From Armatimonadota bacterium (GTDB lineage: Bacteria; Armatimonadota; Fimbriimonadia; Fimbriimonadales; GBS-DC): a stretch of 64,000 bases of DNA. A model generated the notes under the pieces. That model saw only the letters and a list, made by a program, of their open reading frames with translations, made no database searches and had not been told where the DNA came from. Both the position numbers and the translations under genes were made by a program. The stretch is taken from assembly GCA_037444405.1 (NCBI GenBank), contig JBBIML010000007.1:128001-192000 (forward strand), read 5' to 3'. Below are positions 52,474 to 61,633 of this stretch, one piece after another; within the stretch, counting starts at the first letter, position 1, and every line of letters starts with the position of its first letter.

Positions 52474-52889
52474 CACTGCTGGGGCGTTTATTGGGCGGTT
52501 CGCGTCGGGGCGTGCGCCTGCCTGCGGTTGAGCGGGCAGAGGCGTTGCGCCTGCGCCCGATTCGCAATCCCATCGTGCGCTACGAGACCCTTGACAACGG
52601 CTGCACAGTGCTGATTGTGCCCCTGCGCCGCCGCGGGCTGATGCGACTGCTCTGCAGGATTTTCAGGCTACCCGCTGAACATCGCATCGAGCTGGACGAG
52701 ACGGGCAGCACCGTGTGGAGCCTGTGCGACGGTCAGCACAGCGTGGACGCGATTGCGCAGCGGTTGGTGCGCCACTACAAACTGGAGCGGCGCGAAGCCG
52801 AGTACGCGCTGTTCGCCTTCCTCAACACGCTGGTGCGACGCGGGTTCGTCGCATATACGAATCCATCTAACAGGCGCAGGAGGCGATAG
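52470..52889 (+). CDS. PqqD/RRE-family protein
   Basis: IELDETGSTVWSLCDGQHSVDAIA...FLNTLVRRGFV. Confidence 0.85.
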   Translation: MTLLGRLLGGSRRGVRLPAVERAEALRLRPIRNPIVRYETLDNGCTVLIVPLRRRGLMRLLCRIFRLPAEHRIELDETGSTVWSLCDGQHSVDAIAQRLVRHYKLERREAEYALFAFLNTLVRRGFVAYTNPSNRRRRR

Positions 52890-52892
52890 ACG

Positions 52893-53519
52893 ATGAGCAT
52901 GACCCAGACGGGCAGAGGCGCGATTCGCCGGCAGGTGCAGTTGCCCCTGTCGGTGGCGTTCCGCATCAGCCTGCTGAACATTCGGGTGCGGTTCCTGCGC
53001 TCGCTGATTACGGCGGCAGGCGTGATGCTGGGAATCGCGCTCTTCACTGCTGTTCGCAGTGCCAACCTCTACGCGCCCCCTGCCGACCTCAATGACCCCG
53101 CCGCGCTGGAGACCGCCACGCGCCAGACCTGGCTGGTGGTGATGAGCCTCGTGCTGTCGGCGGTCGGCATCACCAACTCGATGCTGATGGCGGTTGCCGA
53201 GCGCTTTCGCGAGATTGGCACGATGAAGTGCCTCGGTGCGCTCGATTCGTTTATTGTGAAGCTCTTCTTTATTGAGGCGGGGCTGATGGGCGTCGTGGCG
53301 TCGGTGGCAGGCTCAGCGATGGGCTGGGGGCTGATCACGCTCCTGACCCTGTTTCGGCAGGGTGTGGGAGCGATCACGGCGGTCAGCCCGCTAATGTGGC
53401 TGGTGCTGTTTCTGCAGGCGATGGGCATCGGGGTCGTGCTGACGGTGGTGGCGACCATCCTGCCCGCCTATCGCGCCGCCAAGATGCCGCCCGCCGCCGC
53501 CCTGCGCGTGGAAGTGTGA
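52893..53519 (+). CDS. FtsX/MacB-like ABC permease (short)
   Basis: ITNSMLMAVAERFREIGTMKCLGA...PAYRAAKMPPAAALR. Confidence 0.88.
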   Translation: MSMTQTGRGAIRRQVQLPLSVAFRISLLNIRVRFLRSLITAAGVMLGIALFTAVRSANLYAPPADLNDPAALETATRQTWLVVMSLVLSAVGITNSMLMAVAERFREIGTMKCLGALDSFIVKLFFIEAGLMGVVASVAGSAMGWGLITLLTLFRQGVGAITAVSPLMWLVLFLQAMGIGVVLTVVATILPAYRAAKMPPAAALRVEV

Positions 53520-53528
53520 ACATCCCTC

Positions 53529-53646
53529 TTGACAGCGCACCCATCGGGTATACTCTTGGCGCGTATCGGAGGGCGCCTACGCTGTCATTTTGGGCAGGGG
53601 GTGCAGCGCCCGTTGCCCCAAATGACAGTGTATCCCTCCGATACGC
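53529..53646 (+). promoter_or_regulatory. rpsO promoter and long leader hairpin
   Basis: TTGACA at 53529 with TATACT/TACTCT at 53549-53556; GCGTATCGGAGGG pairs with CCCTCCGATACGC; inner CTGTCATTT/AAATGACAG stem. Confidence 0.7.
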
Positions 53647-53681
53647 AACAGGCAAAACGCATGCGACGGAGGTATCAAACT

Positions 53682-53957
53682 ATGCCGTTAACACCAGAGG
53701 AGAAGCAGCAGATTATTGAAGCGTATCGGCGTCACGAAGGCGACACAGGTTCGCCCGAAGTGCAGATCGCGCTGCTTACGGCGCGAATCAACTATCTGAC
53801 CGAGCATCTGAAGAAGCACCGCAAGGACTTCCACTCGCGGCGCGGGCTGGTGATGCTCGTCAATCAGCGGCGCCAGCTGCTCAACTATCTGGCGAAGCAA
53901 GACATCCAGCGCTATCGTGCCCTGGTGGAGAAGCTGGGGCTGCGAGCGCAATATTGA
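53682..53957 (+). CDS. rpsO: 30S ribosomal protein S15
   Basis: [25 protein letters not shown]. Confidence 0.98.
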   Translation: MPLTPEEKQQIIEAYRRHEGDTGSPEVQIALLTARINYLTEHLKKHRKDFHSRRGLVMLVNQRRQLLNYLAKQDIQRYRALVEKLGLRAQY

Positions 53958-53972
53958 CAGGGAGGTTAAATC

Positions 53973-56261
53973 ATGATGGACTACGGTTTTGTATCCGCCG
54001 AGATTGGCGGACGCACGCTCTCGCTGGAGACAGGGCTGCTGGCACGCCAGGCGACCAGCGCGGTTGTCGTGCGCTACGGCGACACGGTGGTGCTGGTCAC
54101 CGCCACGATGAGCGCGCACGCCCGCACCGATATCGACTTCTTCCCGCTGGTGGTCGACTTCGAGGAGCGCAAATACGCTGTCGGGAAGATTCCGGGCGGC
54201 TTTGTGAAGCGGGGCGGACGCCCCTCCGACGAATCGATTGTGCAGGGGCGACTGGTCGATCGCGCCATTCGCCCGCTCTTCCCGAAAGGGATGCGCAACG
54301 AGGTGCAGGTGGTGGTGCTACCCCTCTCGGTCGATTTTGATCATCCGCCCGCCGTGCTGGGGCTGATCGGCGCGTCGGCGGCGCTCACCATCTCGCCCAT
54401 CCCATGGAACGGACCCTTAGGCGCGGTGCGTGTCGGCTATGTGGACGGCGAGCTCGTCATCAATCCCACCAGCGACCTCACCGAGCGCTCCGCGCTCGAA
54501 CTGGTGGTCGCCAGCCGACCCGACCATGTGATGATGATCGAAGCGGACGCCGATCAAATCCCCGAAGAGCTGATGATGCAGGCGATAGACCTCGCGCACG
54601 CGGAGAACCAGAAGGTGATTGCGCTGATAGAGGAGTTGCGCCAGCAGGTGGGCAAGCCGAAGGCGGAACTGACCTTCTATCTGGTCAGCTCCGAGCTGAA
54701 GCAGGCGGTGCGCGACTTCGCGGGCGAGAGCCTGCGCGAAGCCATTCTGAACCCCGATAAGGTCGCCCGTGAAGCGGGGCTGCAGCAGCTCAAAGAGGAG
54801 ATTGTCACGCAGATGAACACCCCGCCCGACCCCGAATCGCCACCCCCCTACGAGGGGCGCGAGCTGGAGCTTTCGATGGCGGTCGATGAGGTCATCAAGG
54901 AGCAGGTGCGCCAGATGATCCTGGAGGAGGGTCGACGCCCTGATGGGCGCGCTCCGCACGAGATTCGCGAAATCCGCTGCGCCGTCGGCTTGCTACCCCG
55001 CACGCATGGCAGCGGACTGTTCCAGCGCGGGCAAACCCAGGTGCTGACCACCTGCACGCTCGGCGCCCTGCAGGAAGCCCAGATTCTCGACGCGCTCACC
55101 GAAGAGGAGACCAAACGCTACATGCACTTCTACAACTTCCCGCCGTTCAGCGTCGGTGAAGTGCGCCCGATGCGTGGTCCGGGGCGGCGCGAGATCGGGC
55201 ACGGCATGCTCGCCGAGCGCGCGCTGGCACGCATGATCCCCTCCGAAGAGGAGTTCCCATATGCCATCCTGCTCTATTCGGAGGTGCTGGAATCGAACGG
55301 TTCCACCTCGATGGCGAGCGTGTGTGGTAGCACGCTGGCGCTGATGGACGCGGGTGTGCCTATCAAGGCGCCCGTCGCCGGCATCGCCACCGGACTGGTG
55401 TTCGAAAGCGAAGACCGCTATGTGCTGCTGACCGACATCCAGGGCATGGAGGACGCCTGTGGCGACATGGACTTCAAGGTGGCGGGCACGGAACAGGGCA
55501 TCACCGCCATCCAGTTAGACCTCAAGATTCCCGGACTGCCGCGCAATCTGATCGCCGAGACCCTGCAACGGGCGCGAGAGGCACGCCTGTTCATCCTGCA
55601 GAAGATGCTGGAGGTCATCCCGGCGCCGCGACCCGAAATCTCGCCGCGCGCCCCGCGAATCTTCATCATGGAGATCAATCCCGACAAGATTGGCGATGTG
55701 ATTGGTCCGGGCGGGCGCACCATCAAAAAGATTACCGCCGAGACAGGCGCGCAGATACAGATTGAGCAGACGGGCAAAATCTTTATCGCGGCGCCCGATG
55801 GCGAGTCGGGCGAGCGCGCCCGCCAGATGATCGAAGCGCTGACCAAAGAGGTGGCGGTCGGCGAGGTCTATCTGGGGCGTGTGACGCGCCTGATGTCGCG
55901 CGGCGCGTTCGTGGAGGTGCTGCCCGGTAAGGAGGGTCTTGTTGAACTGCGCGATTTGACCGATCGGCGCATCAGTCGCCCCGATGAGGTGGTCAAGGTG
56001 GGCGATCTGCTGCGCGTGCGCGTGAAGGAGATTGACAGCCTCGGGCGGGTCAATCTGACCGCGCGGGGGCTGGAACAGCCCCTTGAAACGCTCAGGAGTG
56101 GTGGTGGGAGCGAACCCCAGCGCGCCGCCACCGGCGGTCCGCCACCCGGGCGCCCACAGCGACCCGCGCCACCACGACCACCGCGCGAGGAACCGCGCAG
56201 GGAGCGCAAACCGGAACCACCCGAAGATCTGCCCAAACCCCAGTTCCGACCGAAACGGTAA
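53973..56261 (+). CDS. pnp: Polyribonucleotide nucleotidyltransferase
   Basis: GKIPGGF, HGSGLFQRGQTQ, SNGSTSMASVC, DMDFKVAG, KH and S1 domains. Confidence 0.98.
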   Translation: MMDYGFVSAEIGGRTLSLETGLLARQATSAVVVRYGDTVVLVTATMSAHARTDIDFFPLVVDFEERKYAVGKIPGGFVKRGGRPSDESIVQGRLVDRAIRPLFPKGMRNEVQVVVLPLSVDFDHPPAVLGLIGASAALTISPIPWNGPLGAVRVGYVDGELVINPTSDLTERSALELVVASRPDHVMMIEADADQIPEELMMQAIDLAHAENQKVIALIEELRQQVGKPKAELTFYLVSSELKQAVRDFAGESLREAILNPDKVAREAGLQQLKEEIVTQMNTPPDPESPPPYEGRELELSMAVDEVIKEQVRQMILEEGRRPDGRAPHEIREIRCAVGLLPRTHGSGLFQRGQTQVLTTCTLGALQEAQILDALTEEETKRYMHFYNFPPFSVGEVRPMRGPGRREIGHGMLAERALARMIPSEEEFPYAILLYSEVLESNGSTSMASVCGSTLALMDAGVPIKAPVAGIATGLVFESEDRYVLLTDIQGMEDACGDMDFKVAGTEQGITAIQLDLKIPGLPRNLIAETLQRAREARLFILQKMLEVIPAPRPEISPRAPRIFIMEINPDKIGDVIGPGGRTIKKITAETGAQIQIEQTGKIFIAAPDGESGERARQMIEALTKEVAVGEVYLGRVTRLMSRGAFVEVLPGKEGLVELRDLTDRRISRPDEVVKVGDLLRVRVKEIDSLGRVNLTARGLEQPLETLRSGGGSEPQRAATGGPPPGRPQRPAPPRPPREEPRRERKPEPPEDLPKPQFRPKR

Positions 56262-56341
56262 ACCGCCAGCACCCTCTCCCCTCTGGGGAGAGGGTACGGG
56301 TGAGGGGCAATAAGCAACGATGCGAGGAGGTGAAGATAAAA

Positions 56342-57304
56342 ATGGATCGTAATCTCGGCATGGACTTTGTGCGGGTGACGGAGGCGGCAGCGCTCAGCGC
56401 AGGGCGCTGGGTGGGCAAGGGCGACCGCCACGCCGTCGATCAGGCTGCCTGCGAAGCAATGCGCCGCGCCCTCAACGATGTCGATATGCGCGGCGTCGTC
56501 GTGATTGGTGAAGGTGAGCGCGATGAAGCGCCCATGCTCTATATCGGCGAGGAACTCGGCACGGGCAACGGCTACCGTGTGCAGATTGCCGTCGACCCCG
56601 TTGAAGGCACCAATCTGGTCGCCAACGGCATGCCCGGCGCCATCAGCGTGATTGCTGCTGCGCTGGAGGGCGAGGGGCGACTCCTGCACGCTCCCGACAT
56701 CTATATGGACAAGCTTGTGGTGGGTCCCGCCGCCAAAGGCGCCGTCGACATCACGCTACCGCCCCGCATGAATCTCAAAGTGATTGCCAAAAGTCTGGGC
56801 AAGGAGATTCAGGATTTGACGGTTGGCATGCTGGATCGCCCGCGCCATGAGCAACTGATTCGGGAGATTCGCTCGGCGGGTGCGCGCATTCGGCTGGTCT
56901 CGGATGGCGACCTCTCGCTGGCGCTGGAGGCGCTCGATCCCAACGGCGAGATCGATGTGCTGATGGGTATCGGTGGCGCGCCGGAGGGCGTGCTGTCAGC
57001 CGCCGCCGCGCTCTGCATGGGCGGCGAGATGCAGGCGCGGCTCGTGTTTCGCAACGAGCAGGAGCGCGAGCGTGCCCGCCAGCTGCTCGGCACCGACGAT
57101 GTGGAGCGCGTGCTGACCCTTGAGGACCTGGCGTGGGGCAATGTGGTGTTCGTGGCGACGGGCATCACGGGCGGCAACCTGCTCGGCGGCGTGCGCTACA
57201 CCGGCTGGGGTGCCATCACCCACTCGGTCGTGATGCGCTCGCGCAGCGGCACCATCCGCTGGCTCACCACCCACCACCACTTCCATCACGACCCACGCTA
57301 TTGA
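56342..57304 (+). CDS. glpX: Class II fructose-1,6-bisphosphatase
   Basis: RVTEAAA, IGEGERDEAPML, VDPVEGT, GIGGAPEGV. Confidence 0.96.
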   Translation: MDRNLGMDFVRVTEAAALSAGRWVGKGDRHAVDQAACEAMRRALNDVDMRGVVVIGEGERDEAPMLYIGEELGTGNGYRVQIAVDPVEGTNLVANGMPGAISVIAAALEGEGRLLHAPDIYMDKLVVGPAAKGAVDITLPPRMNLKVIAKSLGKEIQDLTVGMLDRPRHEQLIREIRSAGARIRLVSDGDLSLALEALDPNGEIDVLMGIGGAPEGVLSAAAALCMGGEMQARLVFRNEQERERARQLLGTDDVERVLTLEDLAWGNVVFVATGITGGNLLGGVRYTGWGAITHSVVMRSRSGTIRWLTTHHHFHHDPRY

Positions 57305-57436
57305 GAGAATAGCCCTCAACCTGTACCCTCTCCCGCGCTGGGGGAGAGGGCGGAAGGCGGTGCTACCCGTGCAGGGGCGCGGTGACCGCGCCCCTACCCA
57401 TCTCTCCCCAGCAGGGGAACGGGTACTCTCGAATGG

Positions 57437-58135
57437 ATGCAGGCGCGCACGGGATTCACCCTGATCGAGCTGCTGGTCGTGATTGCGATTATCGCGATTC
57501 TGGCGGCGTTGCTGTTTCCTGTGCTGGCGCAGGCGCGAGAGAGCGCGCGCCAGAGCGTATGCGGACAGCACCTGCGCCAGATCGGGCAGGCGCTATGGCT
57601 CTACCTGCAGGATTACGACGACCGCCTGCCCGATCGGCGCGATTTGAAGCTGAGCCTGCCCGGCGGCTATCGCCCCTGGAGCGGCTGGCCGCCGTCCGAC
57701 CCGCGCTGTGGCTGGGCGGCGCTGGTGCTGATGCCCTATGCGCACGAGATTGCTCTCTGGTCGTGTCCCAGTGTTCGCGGCAGCGCGCTGGGCGAAGCGG
57801 TGCAGGTGAAACAGCTCATCGATGCGCTTGCGCCTGAGCATGCCACTCGCTACTGGATGTGGCGATTCGACCGCCCCGACGATCCTGTTCCGCCCGACAA
57901 CTTCTGGGGCAAGACGCCCGACCAGGCGGTTGCTGACCTGCAGGCGAACCCCAGCTCGCAGTACGAGTCGCCTGCTGGCGTCAGCGATGTGGAGCTGGTG
58001 CTTGACCCTTATTTCCCGCGCACCATCGGCAGCATCCCTGCGGAGCTGCGGGGCAAAGCGGTGCATCGGGGTGGACGCAACCGCCTCTTTCTGGACGGGC
58101 ATATTCGCTGGCGACGCGACATCCGCACCGATTGA
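57437..58135 (+). CDS. Prepilin-type N-terminal cleavage/methylation protein (H-X9-DG-like)
   Basis: [37 protein letters not shown]. Confidence 0.9.
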   Translation: MQARTGFTLIELLVVIAIIAILAALLFPVLAQARESARQSVCGQHLRQIGQALWLYLQDYDDRLPDRRDLKLSLPGGYRPWSGWPPSDPRCGWAALVLMPYAHEIALWSCPSVRGSALGEAVQVKQLIDALAPEHATRYWMWRFDRPDDPVPPDNFWGKTPDQAVADLQANPSSQYESPAGVSDVELVLDPYFPRTIGSIPAELRGKAVHRGGRNRLFLDGHIRWRRDIRTD

Positions 58136-58142
58136 ACCCCTT

Positions 58143-58850
58143 CTAACGCTGGAACAGCCCCAGCTGCACTGCCAGCCCGATGGCGCCGAACACCACCGCC
58201 AGCGCAATCACCACAAAGCCGCCCAGCACCGAGCCGCGCACAATCGCAATCACGCCACACAGAAAGGCGAGCGGCGCCAGGCACGGCGGGCACAGACCAC
58301 CCAGCACCGATAGCAGAAGCCCCATCACCACCCAGCCCGTGCCGTCGCTGCTGGCGGCAGTCGGCGGCAGCACCACATTTGTAGGTGGCGTGCCCGCAGG
58401 CGGCAGTGAAGTGCCCCCTGACGGATAAGGCGAACGAATGGGGGGCAGTGAGGGGCTGCCAGCGGGGTAAGGCGTGCCCATAGGCGATGGGGGCAGCTGC
58501 CCCAGCGCGCGGCGCAAGCCGTCCGCCGCCACCTGCGCCGCCGTCAGCGTCGGGTCCAGACGCGCCGCCTGCTCATACGCCCGTATCGCCTCCGGGTAGC
58601 GACCCTGCTGATGCAAAAACGCGCCCCAGTTGTAAAACGCATAGGCGTCGCCGGGATTACAGCGCAGCGCATCCAGAAAGTGGCGTTCGGCGCGAGCTGT
58701 ATCGCCCTGCGATGCCAGCGCAATCGCCAGACAGAGATGCAGATGCCCGTCCTGCGGGTTCATCCGCAACGCCTGCTCCAGCAGCGGGATTGCGTCCGCG
58801 TAGCGCCGCTGATAGAACAGCTCGCGCCCTATCTCGCCCGGATCACGCAT
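58143..58850 (-). CDS. TPR protein with Pro-rich linker and C-terminal TM helices
   Basis: Three TPR-like repeats, P-rich spacer, hydrophobic C-terminus. Confidence 0.8.
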   Translation of the reverse strand: MRDPGEIGRELFYQRRYADAIPLLEQALRMNPQDGHLHLCLAIALASQGDTARAERHFLDALRCNPGDAYAFYNWGAFLHQQGRYPEAIRAYEQAARLDPTLTAAQVAADGLRRALGQLPPSPMGTPYPAGSPSLPPIRSPYPSGGTSLPPAGTPPTNVVLPPTAASSDGTGWVVMGLLLSVLGGLCPPCLAPLAFLCGVIAIVRGSVLGGFVVIALAVVFGAIGLAVQLGLFQR

Positions 58851-58855
58851 TCATC

Positions 58856-59992
58856 TCACAGCAGGTCGGCGAACACGGGCACCGAATCGCGTTGCTCCCA
58901 CCGAAAGGCGGGGTTGCCAAAGTGCCCGTTCTTCGCCGTTGGCAAATATTGCGGCTTTTGCAGATCGAGGAACCGAATAATTCCGCGCGGGCTGAGATCG
59001 AAGTTGTCCCGAATGCGACGCTCAATCTTTTCGGGGTCGACGCGGTGCGTGCCGAAGGTCTCGATCATGAGGGAGACGGGCTGCGCCACGCCAATCGCGT
59101 AGGAGATTTGCAGTTCCACCTTCTCGCACAGCCCCGCCGCCACGATGTTTTTGGCGAGATAGCGCGCCATATAGGTGGCGGAGCGGTCCACTTTGGTGGG
59201 GTCTTTGCCTGAAAACGCGCCGCCCCCGTGTCGGCAGTAGCCGCCGTAGGTGTCCACAATAATCTTGCGCCCCGTGACGCCCGTGTCCGCCTGCGGACCG
59301 CCAATCACGAACACCCCCGTCGGGTTCACATAGTAGTTTTTCACATTGATGTCCACCCGGTCGGCGAATCGGTTCAGCACGGGCTGAATCACGAACTCGA
59401 TCACGCGCTCGCGCACCTCGACATGGGTGATGTCGGGGTCGTGCTGAGCGGAGATGACCACCGTCTCGATGGCTTTGGGCACGCCCTTCTCATAGGCGAC
59501 GGTGACCTGCGATTTGCCGTCGGGTCGGAAGCCCAGGTCGGGTCGGGCGCGGCGCACCTCCGCCAGCTGGCGCGTGAGCGCGTGCGCAATCGTGATGGGC
59601 AGCGGCATCAGTTCAGGCGTCTCGGTGCAGGCGAAGCCGAACATCATGCCCTGATCGCCCGCGCCGCCGACATCCACACCCTGCCCGATGTTGGGCGACT
59701 GCTCCTGAATGGCGACCATCACCCCGCAGGTGTCGCCCTCGAAGCCGTACTCGCTTTTGGTGTAGCCGACCTCATTAATCACGCGCCGCACCACATCGGG
59801 GATTTCAACATAGGCGTGCGTGGTGATCTCGCCTGCCACGACCGCCAGCCCGCGTGTGAGCAGCGTCTCCACCGCCACGCGCGACTGCGAATCCTGCGCC
59901 AGGCACTCATCCAGCACCGCATCGCTGATCTGATCTGCCAGCTTATCCGGGTGTCCTTCCGTCACGCTCTCCGAAGTGAACAGCTGTACCAT
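58856..59992 (-). CDS. metK: S-adenosylmethionine synthetase
   Basis: [45 protein letters not shown]. Confidence 0.98.
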   Translation of the reverse strand: MVQLFTSESVTEGHPDKLADQISDAVLDECLAQDSQSRVAVETLLTRGLAVVAGEITTHAYVEIPDVVRRVINEVGYTKSEYGFEGDTCGVMVAIQEQSPNIGQGVDVGGAGDQGMMFGFACTETPELMPLPITIAHALTRQLAEVRRARPDLGFRPDGKSQVTVAYEKGVPKAIETVVISAQHDPDITHVEVRERVIEFVIQPVLNRFADRVDINVKNYYVNPTGVFVIGGPQADTGVTGRKIIVDTYGGYCRHGGGAFSGKDPTKVDRSATYMARYLAKNIVAAGLCEKVELQISYAIGVAQPVSLMIETFGTHRVDPEKIERRIRDNFDLSPRGIIRFLDLQKPQYLPTAKNGHFGNPAFRWEQRDSVPVFADLL

Positions 59993-60129
59993 GCGTCTCC
60001 TCCTTAGGCTCAGATGCTTACCCTGAAAGTATACCCCACCTGTACCGAAGAGCGCGGTTGAAAACCTCCTCTCTTTCAACTAAGTCGACCTGCAGCTGAC
60101 CTGCTGATGGTATTGCTCAGCTTTGGGAG

Positions 60130-60657
60130 CTGACTCAGCTGGCGGACGCTGTGCATGAGCTGACACAGGCTCACCAGGCTGCCATTCAGCGGTTGGATCG
60201 GCTGGAGCAGAGCCATCAGGAGCTGCGCCAGAGCCATCAGGCAACCATTCAGCGACTGGATCGGCATACTGGAAATCCGCTATCAGACGCAGGGGCCTGC
60301 GTTGTTCGGGCAATATGTACGCCGACCGAAAGTGGTGGACCTCGCGCAGTTTATAAAGAGCCTGCGCGATGGGGGCACGATCTCTCGGAGGAGGAGTGGT
60401 GTGAGCTGAGCCTGATCGATTTACTGATTTCAGCGCAGCACCCTGAGACGAGGGCGCCCATCTATCTAACAGTGGAGATTTCCTGGATGCTGTTTGTGGA
60501 CGATGTGGAGCGGGCGCGAGCGCGGGCGGCTATCCCGCGCCGATGGCGGTATCGATGCCTATCCTGCACGGGCGGGCGAAGGCATCATGCCCGAAGCTCG
60601 CGAGATGGTCAGTCGCCATTCGATTCTGACCATGCTCGATGGACACGCGCTAAGTAG
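60130..60657 (+). pseudogene. Frameshifted remnant of a coiled-coil heptad-repeat protein
   Basis: 63-bp repeat (ELxQxHQAxIQRLDR); homologous-looking segments ILEIRYQ...KVVDL and VEISW...DDVERARARAAI lie in different frames. Confidence 0.6.
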
Positions 60658-60757
60658 AAAGTTAGGCGTTTGACAGGGCTTGTTCTTAGCTATCGGCTCA
60701 TAAGCATGGTGGTTGGACTATTCTTTGAACCTGACAGCAGTACTCTTGCCGGGTTAG

Positions 60758-60787
60758 CAAGGGGGCACAGTCGGTTGTGCCCCCTGT
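60758..60787. terminator. Hairpin downstream of the amylase-pilin operon
   Basis: AGGGGGCACA-GTCGGT-TGTGCCCCCT. Confidence 0.6.
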
Positions 60788-60817
60788 GGAGCTGGGCGCA
60801 GCCAGAGCAGGGGGCTG

Positions 60818-61633
60818 TCAATTCCGATCTTCTGGGGGTCCCCACTCGTAGCCCCAGCAGTACCAGGTGTAGACTGCCATCGGGTCAGGATCGTTACAGG
60901 CTGGCTCCGAGTAGTTCGGCTGGTCTCTATCTGTCGGATAAAGCATGCGATATTGATACCACTTCGAATGTCCGTCGAGGTGCAACACAACCGAGCCGTC
61001 ACTATGGCGCCCTTTGAAGGCGTTGCCCAAGCGAGCCTCCCAGAACTGACGACCTGGCCACTGCATGCGGCTGGGGGGCAGATCAATCAGTGCCACTGCA
61101 CGGGCAGGGCGAGTCACACGCCCCGTGTCGATCTGGGAGGGGTTATAGTTGCAATCATAAATGCCATAGCCGCATAGACCGTTATGAACCAGGTAATCCA
61201 TCGGCGGGTAGATATCGTCGAAGTAGTTCTGCCGTCCGCGTGTGGAGACGCCCAAACCGACCTGCGGATGATTGGGCGCGCGCATGTAATCGGCGTAGCC
61301 ATTATCACGCTGAACCAGTTGTGCTGCTCCCTGCGCAAACGGGGACGAGGGACATCGGAAAATGTCCCGATTCTTGGTATATGGCTGGACACGCGCTGCG
61401 AACTGATAATATTCGGCAAAGCACCAGAGGGGTACCTTGTTATCGTAGTCGTTCGCATACATCAGCAACGCGGTGCCCACCTGCCGCAAATTACTGAGGC
61501 ACTGGGTCTGACGCGCTTTGGCACGCGCCTGTGCGAACACGGGGAACAGGATCGCCGCCAGGATGGCGATAATCGCGATCACGACCAGCAGCTCAATCAG
61601 GGTGAATCCCTGATGACGGTTCATTCGCTTCAT
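60818..61633 (-). CDS. Prepilin-type N-terminal cleavage/methylation protein (DUF1559 / H-X9-DG-like)
   Basis: [47 protein letters not shown] overlap with the amylase stop. Confidence 0.92.
   Translation of the reverse strand: MKRMNRHQGFTLIELLVVIAIIAILAAILFPVFAQARAKARQTQCLSNLRQVGTALLMYANDYDNKVPLWCFAEYYQFAARVQPYTKNRDIFRCPSSPFAQGAAQLVQRDNGYADYMRAPNHPQVGLGVSTRGRQNYFDDIYPPMDYLVHNGLCGYGIYDCNYNPSQIDTGRVTRPARAVALIDLPPSRMQWPGRQFWEARLGNAFKGRHSDGSVVLHLDGHSKWYQYRMLYPTDRDQPNYSEPACNDPDPMAVYTWYCWGYEWGPPEDRN

Noticed and set aside
49943..52889. rimO radical SAM plus PqqD as a RiPP cluster
   Set aside because: The radical SAM is a canonical RimO methylthiotransferase, is divergently transcribed and has no SPASM domain or evident precursor.
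59993..60130. SAM riboswitch upstream of metK
   Set aside because: No SAM-I/II consensus visible; a TATACT box lies close to the start, leaving only a short leader.
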